Part shown: positions 22,096-32,474 of the stretch, piece after piece | How positions within the stretch are numbered: the stretch's first letter is position 1 | Layout of the letters: every line of letters begins with the position of its first letter | From: Octopus sinensis | Lineage: Eukaryota | Length of the DNA: 32,474 nt | Assembly (NCBI RefSeq): GCF_006345805.1 | Contig: NW_021829676.1 | Coordinates: 1-32,474 of the forward strand | Reading direction: 5' to 3' | Program-made: the position numbers and the translations under genes | The notes under the pieces: generated by a model | What the model was told of the DNA's origin: nothing | Seen by the model: only the letters and a program-made list of their open reading frames with translations | Database searches by the model: none

Positions 22096-23227
22096 GCGGC
22101 AGCAGGACTGTCACATGATCAATCAGGCGACCAGGGAAATTAAAGTCAATATATTATGATTATTACAACTGCTATTTGAATGTTGGTTAACAATGGAATG
22201 ATTGGTTCCGTTGGGGATCCACTGTCACGGATGGTGTGACGGGATGGTCTGGTGGAGATGGTGGTGGTGATGCTGGTGGCAGGGACAGCGGTTGTTGATA
22301 GCATCGACGGTGGAGGTAGTGGCAATGGTGAGGGTGGTGGTGGTGACGGAGGTAGTGGTGGTGATTGCGGTGGGTGTGGTCGTCGTAGTAGTAGTGGTAG
22401 TGGTAGTGGTAGTGGTATTGGTGTTGGTGTTGATAGTATTGGTGGTGGTGATGATGATGATGATGATGGCGGCGGTGGTGGTGGTGGTGGTGGTAATGGT
22501 GGCGGTGATGGTGATGGTGGTGGTGGTAATGGTGGCAGTGGTGGTGGTGGTGGTGACGGAGGTAGTGGTGGTGATTGTGGCGGGTGTGGTCGTAGTAGTA
22601 GTAGTAGTGGTAGTGGAATTGGTGTTGGTGTTGGATAGTGTTGGTGGTGATGATGATGGTGGTGGTGGTAATGGTGGCGGTGGTGGTGGTGGTGGTAATA
22701 TTGGTAGTGATGATGATGGTGGTGGTGGCGGCAGCGGTGGCATTATTACTGGCGATGGTAGCCGATGGCACAGCGATAGTAGTGCTGGTGATGGTGGCCA
22801 ATGGTAGTGTGATAGTAGTGCTGGTGATGGTGGCAGTGGTGACGGTGGTGGTTATGATTGTGGTGGTTATGATGGAGGTTGTGTTAGTGGCGGCGATGAT
22901 GTTATTAGTGGCGATGGTGGCCGATAGCACAGCGGTAGTGGTGGTAGTGATGGTGGTGGTGGTGATGGTGGTGGTTGTGGTGGTGGTGGTGGTGGTGGTG
23001 GTGGTGGAGCTGGAGTTAGTATCGGGCTGATGCTATGATGACGATAGTTGCGGTGATAGTGAAAGATGCAATGGCGTTGGCGGTGGTGGCAGTGGTCATG
23101 GGGGCGGTGGTGGTAGTGCATTTTGTGATGGCGGTTGAGGTAGTGGACATGGTGGCATGTGTCCTGATGGCGCTTGTTGTGGCGACGATGGGGGACAGTG
23201 AGAGCGTTAGTGATATTTTTTTAGCAT

Positions 23228-23266
<39 letters not shown>

Positions 23267-23400
23267 TGGTGACAATGTTTGATAGTGATAGCGTTAGTGA
23301 TGGCTTTTTGATTTTTGATGCAGTAGGGGAGGAGAAACAATGATTGTAGGAGTAGTGGATGTATGACGGGAGGAGGAGGAGGAGGAGGAGGAGGTGTTCG
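21650..23400. repeat. Cryptic trinucleotide low-complexity region: CAC/CAG-rich, then GGT/GAT/AGT-rich
   Basis: (CAG)n at about 22058-22103 and a GGT-rich block at about 22240-23180 with a 210-bp internal duplication. Confidence 0.9.
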
Positions 23401-23726
23401 GTTGTGAGAGATTAGAGAGTGTTGTTTGCCAAAATCTGACTGAGGTGTTAGCGGGATGGCATAAAAAAGCAAAAAAAAAACAAAGGCTGATATGGAACAC
23501 GAAGCGATGACAGTTTGTGGTCTGGTTAAAGTGATTGAAGTGTATACAATAAGCTGGTGATAAGCTGGTGAGGTGACAGAGATGAGGCAATAATTGGTTG
23601 CATATAAATTATAGTTGTCCTGGGGGAAACATGAGAGCGCCGGAAAAAAAAATGCTTTGAGGTATTTATTTAGGCTCTTTAGGTTAAGAGTTCAAATCTC
23701 GTTTAGGGTACACTTTGACTTTTATC

Positions 23727-24121
23727 CAGGGCCGGATTAAGATCCATAGAGACCCTAACGAATAAAAGAATTTTGGTGCTCCCGTATATATGTAATTCAA
23801 AATATAAAAAATAATAAACCATAAAGTAAATTATTTATTTTTTTAAATGAAACGAATCTAACAATAAGATAGAAAATAATGTTTATTTTCGTATGTTTTC
23901 ACTTAATTTATATTTGAAAGATTTTCTAACTTCGATCAGATCCTCCCTATGACAACATGAACACTTCGAAATTATATTTCCGATCATATAAACCATTTCG
24001 TATAGCAAGTTTGAAGTAATTTCTTTTGTGCCGTAAACCATTCACCTTTTCTGCGGCACCCGCTCCTTCCCTTGATGCCCTAAGTACGTGCTTATTTTGC
24101 TTCATGGTTAATCCAGCGCTC
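23727..24121. mobile_element. hAT-type MITE (395 bp)
   Basis: Termini cagggccggattaa and ttaatccagcgctc form an imperfect 14-bp inverted repeat. 8-bp flanks cttttatc (23719-26) and tctttatc (24122-29). AT-rich interior, inserted in the core of an old SINE-1. Confidence 0.7.
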
Positions 24122-24176
24122 TCTTTATCGTTCCAATGTCAATAAGATAAAGTATCAGTCAAGCATTGGAGTCGAT

Positions 24177-24484
24177 GTTGTTGTTTGTTCTTTCTCGAGC
24201 CATGCCTGGCTCATAAGGGCCGGTTTCCTGGTTTCATTGTCGTATAGGTTCTCCACCTGGACGGGACGCCGGTCCGTCGTAGATGAGCTGCATGATGCAG
24301 GAGGAAAGAGTGAGAGAAAGTTGTGGCGAAAGAGTCAGCAGAAGTTCGCCATTACCTTCTGCTGGAGCCGCGTGGAGTTTAGGTGTTTTCGCTCATAAAC
24401 ACGCACAACGCTCGATCTGAGATTCGAACCCGCGATTCCTCTACCGCGAGTCCGCTGCTCTCACCACTAGGCCATGTGCCTCCA
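24177..24484 (-). mobile_element. SINE-4, tail variant 1 ((CAA)n-ended), with a TSD
   Basis: Minus strand: ggaggcacatggcctagtggtgagagcagcggactcgcgg...ggttcgaatc head; tail ccggcccttatgagccaggcatggctcgagaaagaacaaacaacaac. Flanked by cattggagtcgat (24164-76) and cattggagtagat (24485-97). Confidence 0.85.
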
Positions 24485-24570
24485 CATTGGAGTAGATAGC
24501 ACCGATTAACTTCCTACCTCCAATAATTGCTGGTCTTGTGGCTAAATCAGACACAAACCATTTAAGAGAT

Positions 24571-25468
24571 ATGAGCTGGCAGAATCGATAAAGAGTGATC
24601 AAAGTACCAAAATACCCTGTGTTATTTCTTCCGGCTCTTTACGTTCTGAGATAAAATACCACCGATGTCACCTTTTTATTCTTCCAGGGTCGGTAAAGTA
24701 CCCTTTAAAGTACTGCAGTCAATGGCATTGACTAATCCCACCCCTCAGAGTTGCTGGCCATGTGCCAAATTTAAAAAAAAAAATTATTATTCATACATAA
24801 TTATACATTTCTTTATTGCCCACAGGAGGTTAAACATAGAGGGCATAAACAAGGACAGACAAAGGGATTAAGTCGATTACATCGACCCCAGTACTCAACC
24901 GGTACTTATTTTACCGACCCAGAAAGGATGAAAGAAAGGCAAAGTCGACCTAGGCAGAATTTGAACTCAGAACATAACGGCAGACGAAATACTGCTAAGC
25001 ATTTCGTCTGGCGTGTTAACGATTCTGCCAGCTCGCCGCCCGGGAAGAGATGCCACTAAGCCTTTTTCCCCGGTGTTCTAACGAATTATTAAGGTGGTGA
25101 CTTTGCAGAATCAACGGGAAAGACAAAGTACTTAGTGGCATTTTCTTTTGACTCTTTTCGTTCTAAACTCAAATCTCGCAGATGTCAACTTTGCTTTTCA
25201 AGGTCAATAAAATTAAGTACCTGTTGCGTACTGGAGTCGATGAAATCGATTGGACCTTTACCTAATTTTTCAGTCCTTTTGCCAATAGTAGAAGGATTTA
25301 TTATTCATTATTTTCGACCCCAGTGCGTAACTGGTACTTAATTTATCGACCCCGAAAGGATGAAAGGCAAAGTCGACCTCGGCAGAATTTGAACTCACAA
25401 CGTAACGACAGACGAAATACGGCTACGCATTTCGCCCGACGTGCTAATGTTTCTGCCAGCTCGCCGCC
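24571..25468. mobile_element. SINE-1 cluster with alternating orientation
   Basis: Old plus-strand copies at about 24571-24790 and 25091-25305, each followed tail-to-tail by a young minus-strand copy (24808-25040 and 25314-25468). Confidence 0.85.
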
Positions 25469-25489
25469 TTGAAGGAATTATTATTATTT

Positions 25490-25803
25490 GCTGACTTGTG
25501 GGGTTAAGTCGAGCAGCTGTTATCGCGTGCGGGTCGAACCCGAATATCTGTCAGGTCCATTGTGAGGACCGTCCCACCACCCACCTGCAGTAAGATAGGA
25601 CAGGCGGTGTTCCTGTCACGCAGCTGTAACGAAAGAAGTTGCGTGGTGGACAATACTGAAAGGAATGAGAACAGACACCTTCCACATCGACTTTTTTAAA
25701 GTTCCACTTGGAAAGGAAAATAAGGGTGAAGAGAGATGAACTACCTTCTAGTGAATTTGTAAAAAGATGGGTGACTGTGGTAAAAGATGGTTTGGGCGAA
25801 TGA
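25490..25803 (+). pseudogene. Tx1/L1-clade LINE ORF2 C-terminal remnant
   Basis: ADLWG*VEQLLSRAGRTRISVRSIVRTVPPP..GQAVFL / AVTKEVAWWTILKG / KFHLERKIRVKRDELPSSEFVKRWVTV. The helical K-x-x-I-W-x-x-R...F...KIR..R......F..RW pattern is typical of L1/Tx1 C-termini. Recognised from memory, not by search. Confidence 0.55.
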
Positions 25804-26109
25804 CTAATTCCCCAGATTCCATGCGTCCATAGATTGAAAAGCAACAATTGGAAGAGAGATCATGTATTTGGTGGTCAGAGTAATCCTGGATCCGTAGGGT
25901 TCCTTCATTCGTTGTAGCTGGAGTTTTTCTGGTATCAGGAAGACTGTGTCTTTCATGTGATCACATACTTAGTATATTAGATATACTTTTATCGTAGTTC
26001 ATGTTCTCAAAACTGCAATGTGGAACATGCTTCTGCTTTGAAAAGTGACAGTATCTTTTCAGTGAATGAAGTTGTTGTTACTGTTGCTGTTGTCGTTGCT
26101 GTTGCTGCT

Positions 26110-26514
26110 TTGTTTGTTTGTTTGTTTGTTTGTTGAGCGAAGCGGGCTTTGTCCCAGAGCGCGCAAGATCATGCCTCTGTAATGGGAGAAATCCGAAACG
26201 TGGTCCTTTGCTACTCGTAAGATCCGCAGAAGAGAAAGCAGGTCAACCCCGACACCGACAGCATCGACAGATGGATGAATGCGCATCCAGGCTCAGCGGT
26301 TGCGTAGGAAGTCGGGGACAAGAAACAGGATGAAAGAGTGAGAGAAAGTTGGGGCGAAAGAGTACAACAGGGGTCGCCACCACCCCCTGCCGGAGCCTCG
26401 TGGAGCTTTAGGTGTTTTCACTTAATAAACACACACAACGCCCGGTCTGAGAATCGAAACCGCGCTCCTCCGACCGCGAGTCCGCTGCCCTAACCACTGG
26501 ACCATTGCGCCTCC
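26110..26514 (-). mobile_element. SINE-4, tail variant 2, full length, in a (GTTGCT)n tract
   Basis: Same head and body as 24177-24484 (gcagcggactcgcgg...aaaacacctaaagctccacgaggctccggcag...ctttctctcactctttc) but a different, longer 3' part ending in (AAAC)n. Confidence 0.85.
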
Positions 26515-26537
26515 TGCTGTTGCTGTTGCTGTTGCTG

Positions 26538-26850
26538 TTGAGCGTAGTTGTCTTCGTCCTAGTGAGAGAAGTCCGAAACGTGGTCCTTTGCTATTCGTAA
26601 GACCCGCAAAAGAGAAAGCAGGTCAACCTCCGACACCGAGAGCATCGACGGATGGCTGAATGCGCATCCAGGCTCAGCGGTTGCGTAGGAAGCCGGGGAC
26701 AAAAAACAGGAAGAAACTGTGAGAGAAAGTTGGGGCGAAAGAGTACAACAGGGGTCGCCACCACGCCTTGCCGGAGCCTCGGGAGCTTTAGGTGTTTTCG
26801 CTCAATAAACACACACAACGCTCGGTTTGGGAATCGAAACCGCGATCCTC
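26538..26850 (-). mobile_element. SINE-4, tail variant 2, 5'-truncated second copy
   Basis: Closely similar to 26130-26470, stops at the B-box, and has a shorter terminal segment. Confidence 0.85.
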
Positions 26851-27061
26851 ATCCGTTAGTTACGCTATTTTCAGGCGTTGTTATGGTCGTGTCGCCTTAA
26901 AGTCAACATCTCTGTCTTTTTTTTTCCTGATGCATTATTACATGTATGGTAAACTTATTCTTTACGCCAATTCTACTCTTTTTTCCTTTAGAAATAATGA
27001 AAAAAAAAACGATATGTTATGATTTAAATGAGTTTAGGCTATTATTTCCGCAACACATGCA

Positions 27062-27245
27062 AGATGCTTGACAACCGATGGTGGTGTGTTTACGTCCCCG
27101 TCACTTAGTGGTTCTGCAAGAGGGACCGATATAATAAGTACTAGGCTTACAAAGAATAAGTCCTGGGGTTGATTTGCTCGGCTGAAGGTGGTGCTCCAGC
27201 ATGGCCACAATCAAATGACTGAAACAAATAAAAGAATAAAAGAAA
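27062..27245 (+). mobile_element. SINE-2 3' half
   Basis: cttgacaaccgatggtggtgtgtttacgtccccg...ggtgctccagcatggcc..aaatgactgaaacaaataaaagaataaaag. Confidence 0.85.
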
Positions 27246-27384
27246 CTTCTACGTTGACTCCAAAATTCTAAAACGTATGGCGAGCATAAGTAATGTTCTA
27301 ACTTAGAAGTTCGGAAATATATTTCTGTGCAACAACAAAGATATAGATTCTAAGACACATTTTAAGACATCAAATATGCATGTT

Positions 27385-27487
<103 letters not shown>

Positions 27488-27627
27488 TTTTTTCACGATC
27501 CCTTTTGATCGGAATTCGACTCACTTTTTTCTTTCTTTTCTCTTTTTTCTTCTTCCTAAAAACAAAAGCTCTACTTAGTATTTTGTCCTTTCTGTGTTCA
27601 GCCCTGTGTGGCCAATAAAGAAACATA

Positions 27628-27660
<33 letters not shown>

Positions 27661-28217
27661 ATGTATGGGCAAGTGTGTGTGTATATACATACATACATAC
27701 ATACATACAAGCGTGTGTGCTGTTTGCTTGATTAATAAATATACATACATACACACGTACATGCAGGAATGTATGTATGTATGTATGAAGTCAAGCAATC
27801 ACACACAAATAATAGAAAAAGGAGAAGATAAAGAGAAAAAAAATTACAAAAGTATCTATTAGAAGACTCCACAAAACTAATATACATACATTCATATGTA
27901 TGTATATTTATGTGTATGTGAATATATCATGAGAAAAAACGAAGAAACAAAAACTACATACCATTAAGGTAAATTATTCAATATCTACAAACCAGACTGT
28001 ATCTATTAACCCACCCTACCCGCCCTTTCCCCCGCCCATAAAAATGATAAATGAAAATAACAAATCAAAAAACGAACTCCCAGCAAAAAACAAAAAGGAA
28101 AGCATTTTATCAGTATTTCAGACCTACTGAAAACGAATCACTCGAAATCATGCTGAGATAAACCACCGGGGGTATTTTCATTGAATACTCCTATAGTTTG
28201 CTGTGGACCCAGTCAAA

Positions 28218-28247
28218 ATGATAATAATAATAATAATAATAATAATA

Positions 28248-28292
<45 letters not shown>

Positions 28293-28321
28293 TAATAATG
28301 ATAATAATAATAATAATAATG

Positions 28322-28364
<43 letters not shown>

Positions 28365-28378
28365 TAATAATAATAATA
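28218..28378. repeat. (AAT)n microsatellite with GAT interruptions
   Basis: Direct reading. Confidence 0.97.
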
Positions 28379-28433
28379 GCAAAGGTAACAACAAAAATAA
28401 AATCCTTATTGATATCTATTTAAAAAAAACAAA

Positions 28434-28465
<32 letters not shown>

Positions 28466-28639
28466 ACACACACACACACACATGCTCACCTACCCTTAGG
28501 CACACACAAAAGAACAACAAAAAATGGCTGCTTCTATAGCTGTTTCAAACTAATTAGTTATATGGAGATCCTGTTTGATGGTCGCCGCCATTGCAAACTC
28601 CCCAAGCTGGAAACGGGACTTTTCATTGTTTTATATTAG

Positions 28640-29182
28640 CGTGATATAGTGGTGGTGGTGGTGATAGTGGTGGTCCTGATACTGGGGCGGTGGTGATGAT
28701 GTTGGTGTTGATGGTTGTGGTGTTGATGAAGATGGTGGTGGTTCTTATACAGGCGGCATTTGTTTTCTGCTTATAAATTTTTTTGTTTTCTCCCCACCAG
28801 TCCGTCAAGGGAGCACAGTGGCGGTTGAACTAGTGGCGGCGAGTGTGGTGAGGTGGCGGCAACGACAGTGATATTAGCGAAACTTTTGGTACCAGCAGTG
28901 GTAGTAGTTAATGGTGGTGGCGGAGTTTCATAGACATGATGTTTATGGTGATGGTGGAATTAGTTATCTTGGTAGCGGTGGCGGTAGTGTTAGTGGCGGC
29001 GCTGTCGTAGCGGTGGTAATAATGGAAGATACGAAGGTGGTGGCGGCAGTGGTGATCGTGGCGTTGGTGGTGGGCAACAGTTACCCCATGATCCCATTGT
29101 TCTCCCATCCTACATTTGGAGTCTCCAGATTGAAATGGCATCGGTGTATATTAGTAATTAATAAGACGATGATGGTCATAAA

Positions 29183-29237
<55 letters not shown>
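28640..29237. repeat. GGT-rich cryptic repeat ending in (GAT)n
   Basis: ggtggt/ggcggt runs; pure (GAT)n at about 29181-29237. Confidence 0.8.
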
Positions 29238-29238
<1 letters not shown>

Positions 29239-29404
29239 AATGATGACCTGCCTTGTTCGGCTTGGGAAACCTCGTGAAAATTGTTTAATCTAATAAATCT
29301 AATAAAGTGTTAACATCGTGTCTGCGCGCGCATTTATCAACGACAGATGTCTGTAAATTGTAGATAATTATATATATATAGCCATATACATGGATGTATG
29401 TATG

Positions 29405-29406
29405 CA

Positions 29407-29499
<93 letters not shown>

Positions 29500-29685
29500 G
29501 TATATGTATATCATATAGACAGCAGTGTGCAATGTTTTACCAAAATGGAAAAATATAATTGTAATTAAATATGTCTAGGGTGTTAGAAATATCTATATGC
29601 TAGAAATAACAGCTAAACTACGTTAATGCAGTGTATAGATAAATATGTATATACTATCTATCTATCTATCTATCTATCTATCATC

Positions 29686-29733
<48 letters not shown>

Positions 29734-29772
29734 CTATCTATCTATCTGTCTCTATCGCTCTGTATATATATA

Positions 29773-29832
<60 letters not shown>
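29405..29832. repeat. (TA)n and (TATC)n tracts
   Basis: (TA)n at about 29405-29500, (TATC)n at about 29655-29750, (TA)n at about 29762-29832. Confidence 0.9.
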
Positions 29833-29833
<1 letters not shown>

Positions 29834-30030
29834 GTAAATCCAAAAAAGAACCAACACAAAAAACAACAGCGCGAGGAGTGGCACATGTAAAGTATTAGCA
29901 GACGCTCAGGGAAGGAAATAAAGGTTTCGGTTCACACGTTTCGAGTAGACGCTCTTCTTCGGATGTAGAGGAAAGTCCAGTAGAAAGGAGGACAGAGGAA
30001 GAAAATCGTCAACGGTTATATGTGGTTACA
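29833..30030 (-). mobile_element. TA-tract-embedded element with a decayed hammerhead-like motif, related to 2267-2450
   Basis: Minus strand 29935-29966 reads CCGAAGA-A-GAG-CGUCUA-CUC-GAAAC-GUG. TA tracts on both sides. Confidence 0.45.
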
Positions 30031-30082
30031 TTTTGAAATATATATACATACATACATACATACACATATATATATATTATAT

Positions 30083-30152
<70 letters not shown>

Positions 30153-30248
30153 TACAATTGTTTGTTTGTTTCCCACCTGCCTTCGTCTTTTGTCTATTTT
30201 CATAAAGCTTCCGTTATATATATATATATTATATATATATATATATAT

Positions 30249-30328
30249 CTTTACAGCGGGCTTCTTTCAGTTTCCGTCTACACAAGGCTTTGGTCGTTCC
30301 GTGGCTATAGTAAGACCAAAGCTATATA

Positions 30329-30380
<52 letters not shown>

Positions 30381-30515
30381 TTACAGCGGGCTTCTTTCAG
30401 TTTCCGTCTACACAAGGCTTTGGTCGTTCCGTGGCTATAGTAAAAGAACTTGCCCAAGGTTCCACGCAATGAGACTGGACCTAATACTAGCTTCTTGCCA
30501 CACAGCCACGTGCAT
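30249..30515 (-). mobile_element. SINE-2 5' half with an exact 65-bp tandem duplication
   Basis: gggcttctttcagtttccgtcta..caaggctttggtcg..ggctatagta..cttgcccaagg..ccacacagccac. 30249-30313 is identical to 30379-30443. Confidence 0.8.
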
Positions 30516-30977
30516 ATATATATATATATATACACGTATATGTATATATACACGTATATGTATATATATATACACACATACACACACATATATATATATA
30601 TGTGTATATATATATATACATATGTATATATTCATATATATACACACATAAATACACACACAAACACAAACACACACACACACACACTTACACACACACA
30701 TATATATATATACAGGCATACCTCACCCTACGTTATTAATTGGTTTCAGTAAATCAAAACCATTTAATCCCAAGATTTATTTATGTTTAACAAGTGAATG
30801 AATTTAATAAAGGACATGAATATGAGAGTTTACGAAAATTGTTCCAACCGAAGTCCTTGAGCGACATATTTTCCCATATAAGGCAAAACAGAATTACAAA
30901 TAGTATTTGTGGAACTTTGATAAGCATCGTTTTGAAATATGAAATTCCTCACAATAAATTTCAACAATGCGGAAATT

Positions 30978-32009
30978 TTATTCATCAAAGTACCATTACA
31001 ATCAACACATTTTTGCCAACGAGTTACAAGTTTGTTTATACGCACTTTCAGCATCGGTTTTATTTTTTAACTCCTCTCGGAGGAAACCAACAAGGTACTT
31101 GAAAAAGTGGCAATCGATAGGGGAAAGTGCTGGGGAATAATCTAGGCGGGGAAGACCATTGTATCCAAGTTCCCTCAACTTTAGAAGCGTCATTAGTGAA
31201 ACATGTGGTCGAGCATTGTCATGAACAATTACTGGCCCTCTTCTGTTGACCAGTCTGGGACAGATGTGTAGCAGTTTTCGTTCATTTTGGCAATTTCATG
31301 GCAATATGTCTCTGCAGTAATGGTTTTTCCGGCAGCGGCGAGCTAGCAGAAACGTTAGCACGCCGGGCGAAATGCTTAGCCGTATTTCGTCTGCCGTTAC
31401 GTTCTGAGTTCAAATTCCGCTGGTTCGACTTTGCTGTTCATCCTTTCGGGTTCGATAAATTAAGTACCCGTCACGCACTGGGGTCGATATAATCGACTTA
31501 ATCCGTTTGTCTGTCCTTGTTTGTGCTCACTGTATTTAGCACCTAGTGGGTAGTAAAGAAATAGGTATTTCGTCTGCCGTTACGTTCTGAGTTCAAATTC
31601 CACAGAGGTCGACTTTGCCTTTCATCCTTTCGGGGTCGATTAAATAAATACCAGTTACGCACTGGGGTCGATATAATTGTTTTAATCCGTTTGTCTGTCC
31701 TTGTTTGTCCCCTCTATGTTTAGCCCCTAGTGGGTAGTAAGGAAATAAGTAATGATTTTTCCGAGTTTTAAGAAGTTATAGTAGATGAGTCCAGCAGTAC
31801 ACCACCATGCTCTTTTTGAAGATCTTGGGTTTATGGAAGGCTTTTAGTGCTTCCATTTGGTCCAACCACTGCAAAGAACGTTTTTTCTTTATTATTGTAC
31901 AGAATCCACTTTTTATTGCAAGTTACAATACGGTTGAGAAATCGGTCGCTCTCGTTACGGAGAAGAAGCGACAAGCAAATTTCATATCTGCGCATTTCGT
32001 GATCTTCAT
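30978..32009 (-). mobile_element. Mariner (DD34D, Hsmar1/SETMAR-like) transposase pseudogene, split by a SINE-1 dimer
   Basis: Minus strand 32009-31748: RRYEICLSLLLRNESDRFLNRIVTCNKKWILYN..LQWLD. 31331-30978: GKTITAETYC..RLVNRRGPVIVHDNARPHVSLMTLLKLRELGY..DYSPALSPIDCHFFKYL...INKLVTRWQKCVDCNG..FDE*. Frameshifts present; TIRs not confidently seen. Confidence 0.9.
31332..31747 (+). mobile_element. SINE-1 dimer with a 16-bp TSD
   Basis: Junction aaagaaatag|gtatttcgtc at about 31564. Flanked by agtaatggtttttccg (31316-31) and agtaatgatttttccg (31748-63). Confidence 0.92.
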
Positions 32010-32140
32010 ATTATTATGTAGGTATGGTACGTATATGTATGTATATATGCTATATCTATATATATATATAATATATATATATAATATATATATATATATT
32101 ATATATATATATATAGATATATATATACATAAATATATAA
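32010..32140. repeat. (TA)n-rich tract truncating the mariner
   Basis: Direct reading. Confidence 0.85.
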
Positions 32141-32474
32141 ACACTACTCTCGCACCCACACATACACATCGCAACAGTATGGGCAAACAAAGCAGCGAGG
32201 TCAAAATATGGCTGTGTGCATTTATTTGTAGCACACACGTGTACACCAGAACATGAAAGGCATTCGCTGCGGGATTTTTCCTGCAGGAAAAATTATTTTT
32301 CACACTAAATATTTTGTCTCTAAAAAATCATATTGAGCCGAGATCCTGGGGACGTTTATGGAGAGAAAATATTTCTCTGAAGCAATATCCCACAGTGAAA
32401 ACCTTTCACGCGTTCAGGAGTGTGTTAAAAAATAAATGTACGCATATGTGCACTTGTGTATGTAGGTTATAATA

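Noticed and set aside
21449-23121. Gly-, His-, Thr- and Pro-rich ORFs as possible cephalopod structural proteins (suckerin or beak His-rich type)
   Set aside because: Open on both strands and in several frames. They lack GGY or GHG modules, a signal peptide and clear exon boundaries. Best explained as cryptic trinucleotide repeat. RNA-seq coverage would be needed to reopen this.
32275-32470. Possible splice acceptor TTTTTCCTGCAG|G followed by an open frame
   Set aside because: No recognisable peptide and no convincing donor site. It cannot be supported without transcript data.

Overview
AT-rich eukaryotic non-coding DNA (intron or intergenic), most likely from an octopus or other coleoid cephalopod. 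That origin is an inference from the microsatellite load and the tRNA-derived SINE families. I found no host protein-coding exon, rRNA, true tRNA gene or CRISPR array. Nearly all ORFs in the supplied track are translations of microsatellites. The window is a mosaic of: (i) very long simple repeats; (ii) at least four tRNA-derived SINE families, labelled SINE-1 to SINE-4 here (working names only), with about 30 SINE-1 units; (iii) decayed LINE 3' ends (RTE-like, R4/Dong-like, Tx1/L1-like) and Penelope-like remnants; (iv) DNA transposons (internally deleted Tc1, Hsmar1-like mariner, piggyBac-type and hAT-type MITEs, and a 79-bp-arm foldback). The best leads are a type I hammerhead ribozyme candidate with an intact core at 2582-2646, two related hammerhead-like motifs in TA-embedded elements, and the SINE-1 multimers. 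Those multimers have recurrent junctions, whole dimers inside single 16-19 bp target-site duplications starting RGT, and reciprocal old/young chimeras that look like integration of a circular or multimeric intermediate. All family assignments come from motif recognition by eye; no database search was run. Boundaries of degenerate elements are approximate.
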